64,000 nucleotides of DNA from a virus: positions 52,689-116,688 of the IMG/VR virus record IMGVR_UViG_3300010883_000003. The stretch is one strand, 5' to 3'. Each line of letters opens with the position of its first letter. Position 1 is the stretch's first letter. Made by a program: the position numbers and the translations under genes. The notes under the pieces were generated by a model that was not told the DNA's origin, did no database searches, and worked only from the letters and a program-made list of their open reading frames with translations. Of the stretch, positions 59,040-64,000 are shown in pieces.

Positions 59040-59924
59040 ATGTCAAGCAATAAGAGCGATGTTTTATTACAGAATGTAGTCAGCAGGTTGTTGCCTAATC
59101 ATATAGATGAGTGTATCATCGTCGCCGGCGAGACTGCTGGTAAGAATATTCTTGCGAAGTCTAGAGATAGAAATTACCATGCAAGAGTGAAAATTGTTCG
59201 GGATCTACATAATGATACCGAGCTCGTTTATTTCGAAGACATCGATACAGGTTATGCCGAAGGAATGAATAGTCACGGGCTAGGTATCGTGAATTCCGCT
59301 CTTTCAATATCTGACGATGAAAAAGCTAAGGATAAAACTAAAGATAAAGTCACATCTGACGATGGTCCCAGAATGATTCAAGCCCTGAAGTATTCGTCTA
59401 TCGACGATGCGGTGAGATCGCTTATCGGATTTAAGGGTGGTATTAAAGGACACACCTTTATAGGCACTCCAGATGCTGTGTACAGCATAGAAATGTCCTC
59501 TGAACATACACCTGTGATTAATAAACTGGATCCAACCACAGGGTTTGATGTGCGTACCAACCATGGTGCCGAGCACTCAGGCGCAGGATACACTCCCGAA
59601 AGACGGCCAACAGACTATTTATCATCAAAGATCAGGAAGGCTCAAGCAGAAGTAGAGCTCGCTGATATAGAATCATTTGACGACGTGGCTCCTTCTTTAG
59701 CAAAACAAAATTTTAGCCATGACTCTAACGATAACATGCTACGCAGAGTACCAGATGACGCGGGTATGGTAACGACCAGCCAGGTAGCGATGCATTTGCC
59801 CAATAGGGAAATGGTATTTTATTACTTTCCTAATGAATGTGATTTCACGGGGATAGAAGATAGGACACCTGATGACTACGAGCCCAGGGTTAACATCAGA
59901 GTAGTAAGAGTTAACGAAGATTAA
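59040..59924 (+). CDS. Ntn-hydrolase (C45/C69 peptidase-like)
   Basis: CIIVAG...ILAKSRDR, EGMNSHGLGIVNSAL, RTNHG. Confidence 0.7.
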   Translation: MSSNKSDVLLQNVVSRLLPNHIDECIIVAGETAGKNILAKSRDRNYHARVKIVRDLHNDTELVYFEDIDTGYAEGMNSHGLGIVNSALSISDDEKAKDKTKDKVTSDDGPRMIQALKYSSIDDAVRSLIGFKGGIKGHTFIGTPDAVYSIEMSSEHTPVINKLDPTTGFDVRTNHGAEHSGAGYTPERRPTDYLSSKIRKAQAEVELADIESFDDVAPSLAKQNFSHDSNDNMLRRVPDDAGMVTTSQVAMHLPNREMVFYYFPNECDFTGIEDRTPDDYEPRVNIRVVRVNED

Positions 59925-59966
59925 AAAGGTAGTACAACGTCTACTAGCGTACTACAATTAGATTGG

Positions 59967-60713
59967 ATGAAAATTAAAAAAATTAAAAAAATAGTAGCTT
60001 TTGATTTCGACGATACACTAGCAGAAACGAATTCATCGATTGGTGTTCGTTTTAAGGATAGTGGCGACGATTTTGAGAAGTTTCTGTTTGATCGAAATAT
60101 CCAATTCGTAGAGTTTTCTGAAAGATTTTGGTGGTTAGACTCTGCCAATTATGCCTTAGTCGAAGACTCTACCTTACCTAAGGGCACAAGCCTTGAAGTA
60201 GATTACGGCCAGACTATGCACATTGACATGTCAACGCTAAGAGTCATATCTCCTATGTTAGCAAAAATGAGAGAGTCATTACAAGATCCAGAAACACTTA
60301 CGCTGGTCATAACAGCCCGAGCCGGAGATGCTGTAACGTTTAGCCCTTCGTTAGGTAAAGAAGTAAAATCTCAGAATCGTGAACAAATAATGAAGTTTTT
60401 AAGTGATCAAGGTTTAGGGATTTCCGCTTCAAATCTCCATACAGTAGGTGATACCGGAGGTGATACAGCGCAGGGTAAAGCAGACGTTTTATCGTCATAC
60501 CTCACAGAATATTTACCTGAAGAGCTCATCTTTTATGATGATAGTGACAGGAATGTTAGACGCGTAGCACAACTTTGTAAGGGCTCATCACCACACACTA
60601 AAATCTCTGCATATAAGGTAGCAAACGGCATGCCAACAGATCGCCAGGGCTGCGATCACAAAAAGGGATTAAAAGAGCGCTTGCGCGAAATACTTAGTTG
60701 TATATCGGAGTAA
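59967..60713 (+). CDS. HAD-superfamily phosphatase-like protein
   Basis: AFDFDDTL, ITAR, K, FYDDSDRN. Confidence 0.8.
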   Translation: MKIKKIKKIVAFDFDDTLAETNSSIGVRFKDSGDDFEKFLFDRNIQFVEFSERFWWLDSANYALVEDSTLPKGTSLEVDYGQTMHIDMSTLRVISPMLAKMRESLQDPETLTLVITARAGDAVTFSPSLGKEVKSQNREQIMKFLSDQGLGISASNLHTVGDTGGDTAQGKADVLSSYLTEYLPEELIFYDDSDRNVRRVAQLCKGSSPHTKISAYKVANGMPTDRQGCDHKKGLKERLREILSCISE

Positions 60714-60719
60714 AGTTTT

Positions 60720-61622
60720 ATGAAAGAACTAAAAGAGCTTATATCTTTTATATTATCGGAAAGTTTTCAAAGTCATACCTTTGAACCGGTTATCGGTGAT
60801 ATTGTCGCTAATGATAATCCAAATTGCAAGCATAGGGGATCGGTGGGTGAAGTATTGTCTGTCCAGCCTCTACCCAGCGATGCAGGTAAAACAGCAACAT
60901 ACAGATGCTTAAATTCTGGAGAGAGCTGGGGTGCGGGAGAGTTGTTAACAAAAACGCTTGACCAGCTTGTACCTGCTGTCTCAACACACTTTGCGGATCT
61001 TATAGAAAGTAACATTCCAATCACTGAGTGTACTCTAGATAAAAGTGGTCTAGCGTTTAACCGACTTATAGCTGAGTCGAAAACGTTAATAGCTAGAGGT
61101 GCGTACAAGCCCTCTATAGAGGAAGTGTGTTATATATATGGCCAGTCTCACACCGCAAATATAACGGAAGACTTGCTTAGAAGTATTATTCGCCAAGCGA
61201 TCATCGGCGAGAAAAAGAACACGCTTTGGGGAAATATCGCTGCTAAGAAAGCCCGTGGCGAAAAGCCGGCGAAGAAGGGCGATCCTGATTATCCTGATGA
61301 AAAATCTTGGAAAGCAGCTCAAGAATCAGATGATACAGATGATGACGATCTTAACGAAGCAGAGTACGACGGCAGGAAAGTAAAGGTTAATAAGCCTACA
61401 GCTATCCGAAAGGGACAGACTGGCTACGGAAAGAAGCAAGACAAAGTTTATGTTAAGGACGGTCCAGAGGAAGATGACGTAAAAGTTGTCCGTTTTGGTG
61501 ACCCCGATTCTGAAATTAGAAGAGATAACCCAGCAGCAAAAAAGAACTTCCGCTCTAGGCATAACTGTGATAACCCAGGACCTAAAACAAAGGCTCGCTA
61601 TTGGTCTTGTAAGGCCTGGTAG
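60720..61622 (+). CDS. Multi-module putative virion polyprotein
   Basis: Small modules separated by ILSE, LIES, LIAES, ITEDLLRSIIRQAIIGE, LNEAE; C-terminal VRFGDP...FRSRHNCD...ARYWSCKAW module. Confidence 0.6.
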   Translation: MKELKELISFILSESFQSHTFEPVIGDIVANDNPNCKHRGSVGEVLSVQPLPSDAGKTATYRCLNSGESWGAGELLTKTLDQLVPAVSTHFADLIESNIPITECTLDKSGLAFNRLIAESKTLIARGAYKPSIEEVCYIYGQSHTANITEDLLRSIIRQAIIGEKKNTLWGNIAAKKARGEKPAKKGDPDYPDEKSWKAAQESDDTDDDDLNEAEYDGRKVKVNKPTAIRKGQTGYGKKQDKVYVKDGPEEDDVKVVRFGDPDSEIRRDNPAAKKNFRSRHNCDNPGPKTKARYWSCKAW

Positions 61623-61650
61623 TTAGTCAATCATTAATGAGGATTTAGCT

Positions 61651-61977
61651 ATGTATGAATACAGAGCGTTTGTAAGAAAAGTATACGACGGTGATACTGT
61701 TACAGTAGATATCGATCTTGGTTTCGACACTATACTTAAAGCTCAAAAAATACGTCTCACTAAGATAAACGCTCCAGAAATCCGTGGTGACCAAAGGGAA
61801 GCGGGTCTCAAGTCTCGTGACGCTCTACGTACTAAGATTGGGAACAAGTGGATAAAGATCAAAACTCAAAAAGACAAAAAAGGCAAATGGGGTCGCTGGT
61901 TAGGCGAGATTTGGCTAGAAGAAGAATGTGTTAATGACTGGCTATTAAACGAGGGTCTGGCAGAGCTGTACAAATGA
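61651..61977 (+). CDS. Thermonuclease (SNase-like)
   Basis: KVYDGDTV, IRLTKINAPE, KGKWGRWLG, NDWLLNEGLA. Confidence 0.9.
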   Translation: MYEYRAFVRKVYDGDTVTVDIDLGFDTILKAQKIRLTKINAPEIRGDQREAGLKSRDALRTKIGNKWIKIKTQKDKKGKWGRWLGEIWLEEECVNDWLLNEGLAELYK

Positions 61978-62426
61978 AAATCACAAGAAGAAGACTAGTA
62001 GAGATGATTAGGGAAGCTATGGACCCGATTCGGGTGAAGACCCTTGCCCCCGAAGATTTTGATCCTCCTGTCTGGTCCGACGCGACAGAACCAAAGTCAA
62101 GTGAGATCCCACTTAAAAAAGTCGGTAATTTCTTTATGACAAAAACGGATGCAGAAAGACTTCCCAAAAGAGGCTATGGCGCCGTGAAAAAGCTAAAAAA
62201 CTTTTATATGGTACTACCTGACGGTGACGGAATTAAAATAGGACCGTTCCCAGGTGAACCAAGCATTGCTAAGGTCAAAGACGGTGTAAGGTATCTAGAA
62301 GCACTAGATGCTGCAGTGGATGTGTTACCTGTCGGTGATGCCCTCAAACCCTCACAGGAAGATATGCAAAATATGCTGGCGATGCAAGATCAAATCATGG
62401 CTGTTGCAAGAGGGTTTAGTTTATGA
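61974..62426 (+). CDS. Hypothetical protein with N-terminal MKITRRRLVEMIRE motif
   Basis: Motif shared with other putative cargo proteins. Confidence 0.65.
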   Translation: MKITRRRLVEMIREAMDPIRVKTLAPEDFDPPVWSDATEPKSSEIPLKKVGNFFMTKTDAERLPKRGYGAVKKLKNFYMVLPDGDGIKIGPFPGEPSIAKVKDGVRYLEALDAAVDVLPVGDALKPSQEDMQNMLAMQDQIMAVARGFSL

Positions 62427-64000
62427 GCGTCGATATCCGACATCTCCGCGAATGTATAAGAGAAATACTAACGAAAGAAAGTCTCTTAGCAGAATCGCAG
62501 GTGAATTTTGGTACCTACACTGTCAATATCTTACCTGAACTTCAGAGTGCTAGAACCAGCGCTGTAGTCCTTGATTTGTCTGACGTCGTAATTGACGATG
62601 GTACCGAAAAAATAATTAACCCCGCACAGGCTCAAAAGCTTTCGAATATTATGCTTATCAGGGTAATAATAGACTCGTTAGAAGGGGGTAAAGCAGCTCG
62701 TCTTGGTGACATGACGGAAGCTCTAACTACTACCCTATTTTCCGATGCGCAGAATATTAACCAATGGGGTGTCGCTGGAAATATGGCATTTGCAGATATA
62801 GAGTCTGGAGGTAATTATTATAGTGTAAAGTATTTTAAGGACTCCCTTCGCGACCAGAAAATAACCTACAGCAAAATAGCTACGCTCCTTGGCGAACTTG
62901 AGAGTCGTGAAATGGAGTCACCGCGCAGCAGATCCTTTGGTATTTTTGCTGCAACACCAAGCAAGGACAGCGACTCTATTGATTTTAAGACCTACGGTCC
63001 TGAAGCTAGCACGACATGGCTAAGAATGGCATCTAATAAAGCAGAAGTACCTTATGAACAAGCGAGCATCCTCAGTAAGAAGGATAGCAAAAGCGAAGAA
63101 GAAGCTGAAAACTGGAGTAAAGTGTCTCAAGCCAAGTGGGGCATCAAAATGCTGAATAAGGCTGAAATTGCTACGACAGCCGGCTCAATAAAAGTTCCGT
63201 CTGCTGACGATATCAATACTGAACTTACGAAGTTATCACAATTCACGAAAGACTCAAACCCATACTCTACATTCGTCAAGAAAATGATGAAAGGTGAGGA
63301 TCCACTTGAAGGTGACCAGTTAAAAACTGTTTCTGGAGCCTACAAAAAGGTAAGTGGCGACCTCGCGACGAATCTTGGTTCCTTTGTAACGAACGCTAGC
63401 GATGGCACGACAAAGGACCGCGTTGAGATGGGAAAAAGTGTTAATGCACTGCAAAAAACATTACGCTCCTCGTTTCAGGATGGTGTACCAGATAAGGTCG
63501 ATCCTGAAAAACTTAAGAAGGTTATCGCTGCGCTTAAAAAAGCTGAAGAAGAAGTCGATATCGCAGACAACAAGTCGGATAATAGGGTTAATTTTCAAAC
63601 TGAGTCATTACGTGAGTATATAAGGGAGAGCCTTCTAACCGAAGGAATTGATTTTCATGAGCTTGACTCGCCGCTCCGCTATAATAAGTCAGGGAATGTT
63701 AAGAGACTTGCTTATTGCGATTCAAGCGTTTCAGAACCCCCCGCATCACGAGACGCATATTTTAAAGAGTATCAAGAGATGCAAACTTTCGGTAAGAGTG
63801 GGCGCAGACTAAAGAAAGCTCGTAAGGGTGAGCTGATACCAGGTGTCTCGAATGTTTGTATTATCGGATTTTTAGACTTTCACGAATATGGAGAGAACGG
63901 ATGGTACATCGACTACATGAAAACGCGAGGTGATGCTAGCGGTCAAGGCGTTGCTAGTAAGCTGATGGATGAGTTTTTCGCCCGATACGCAAAGCCAGGC
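62423..64000 (+). CDS. Multidomain protein, 3' truncated: nuclease-like N-terminal domain and C-terminal GNAT acetyltransferase
   Basis: Absent from the ORF track because it has no stop in the window; MSVDIRHLRECIREILTKESLLAE...; internal TESLREYIRESLLTE; GNAT motif A YIDYMKTRGDASGQGVASKLM. Confidence 0.75.
   Translation, partial: MSVDIRHLRECIREILTKESLLAESQVNFGTYTVNILPELQSARTSAVVLDLSDVVIDDGTEKIINPAQAQKLSNIMLIRVIIDSLEGGKAARLGDMTEALTTTLFSDAQNINQWGVAGNMAFADIESGGNYYSVKYFKDSLRDQKITYSKIATLLGELESREMESPRSRSFGIFAATPSKDSDSIDFKTYGPEASTTWLRMASNKAEVPYEQASILSKKDSKSEEEAENWSKVSQAKWGIKMLNKAEIATTAGSIKVPSADDINTELTKLSQFTKDSNPYSTFVKKMMKGEDPLEGDQLKTVSGAYKKVSGDLATNLGSFVTNASDGTTKDRVEMGKSVNALQKTLRSSFQDGVPDKVDPEKLKKVIAALKKAEEEVDIADNKSDNRVNFQTESLREYIRESLLTEGIDFHELDSPLRYNKSGNVKRLAYCDSSVSEPPASRDAYFKEYQEMQTFGKSGRRLKKARKGELIPGVSNVCIIGFLDFHEYGENGWYIDYMKTRGDASGQGVASKLMDEFFARYAKPG

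Noticed and set aside
58808-59053. 81 aa plus-strand ORF
   Set aside because: Antisense to the tmRNA and its promoter
1-64000. Bacterial chromosome or eukaryotic giant virus origin
   Set aside because: Baseplate, gp32 and gp41-type genes, Shine-Dalgarno sites and sigma70 promoters, without cellular core operons or NCLDV hallmark genes, indicate a bacteriophage

Overview
64 kb segment of a large (jumbo/huge) tailed dsDNA bacteriophage, probably a myovirus. It is densely coded, almost entirely on the + strand, in standard genetic code 11. In order, it contains: (1) the end of a tail module (tape-measure-like, tube-initiator/baseplate, LysM/gp53-like and hub proteins); (2) a hybrid replication module with T4-like gp32, UvsX/RecA, RNase H and gp41 helicase, but a bacterial-type DnaE and a stand-alone PolA polymerase domain; (3) nucleotide and auxiliary metabolism (class II RNR, ThyX, GS-II, dCMP deaminase, all-alpha NTP-PPase); (4) a cytosine-hypermodification cluster at 29.6-34.8 kb (dCMP-type thymidylate synthase homologue, UDP-galactopyranose mutase, BGT-like glycosyltransferase, dNMP kinase, NDP-sugar epimerase), which predicts a furanosyl, possibly galactofuranosyl, modified cytosine; (5) many acidic proteins sharing an amphipathic LRxxIRxxLxE motif, interpreted as capsid-targeted, protease-processed cargo, several preceded by a candidate late promoter ATANTTA; (6) GroEL, a sigma70 factor with a tandemly duplicated promoter, peptide deformylase, a tubulin/FtsZ-family protein, an HD hydrolase and a complete tmRNA. 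All calls rest on motif recognition by eye; no database search was run.
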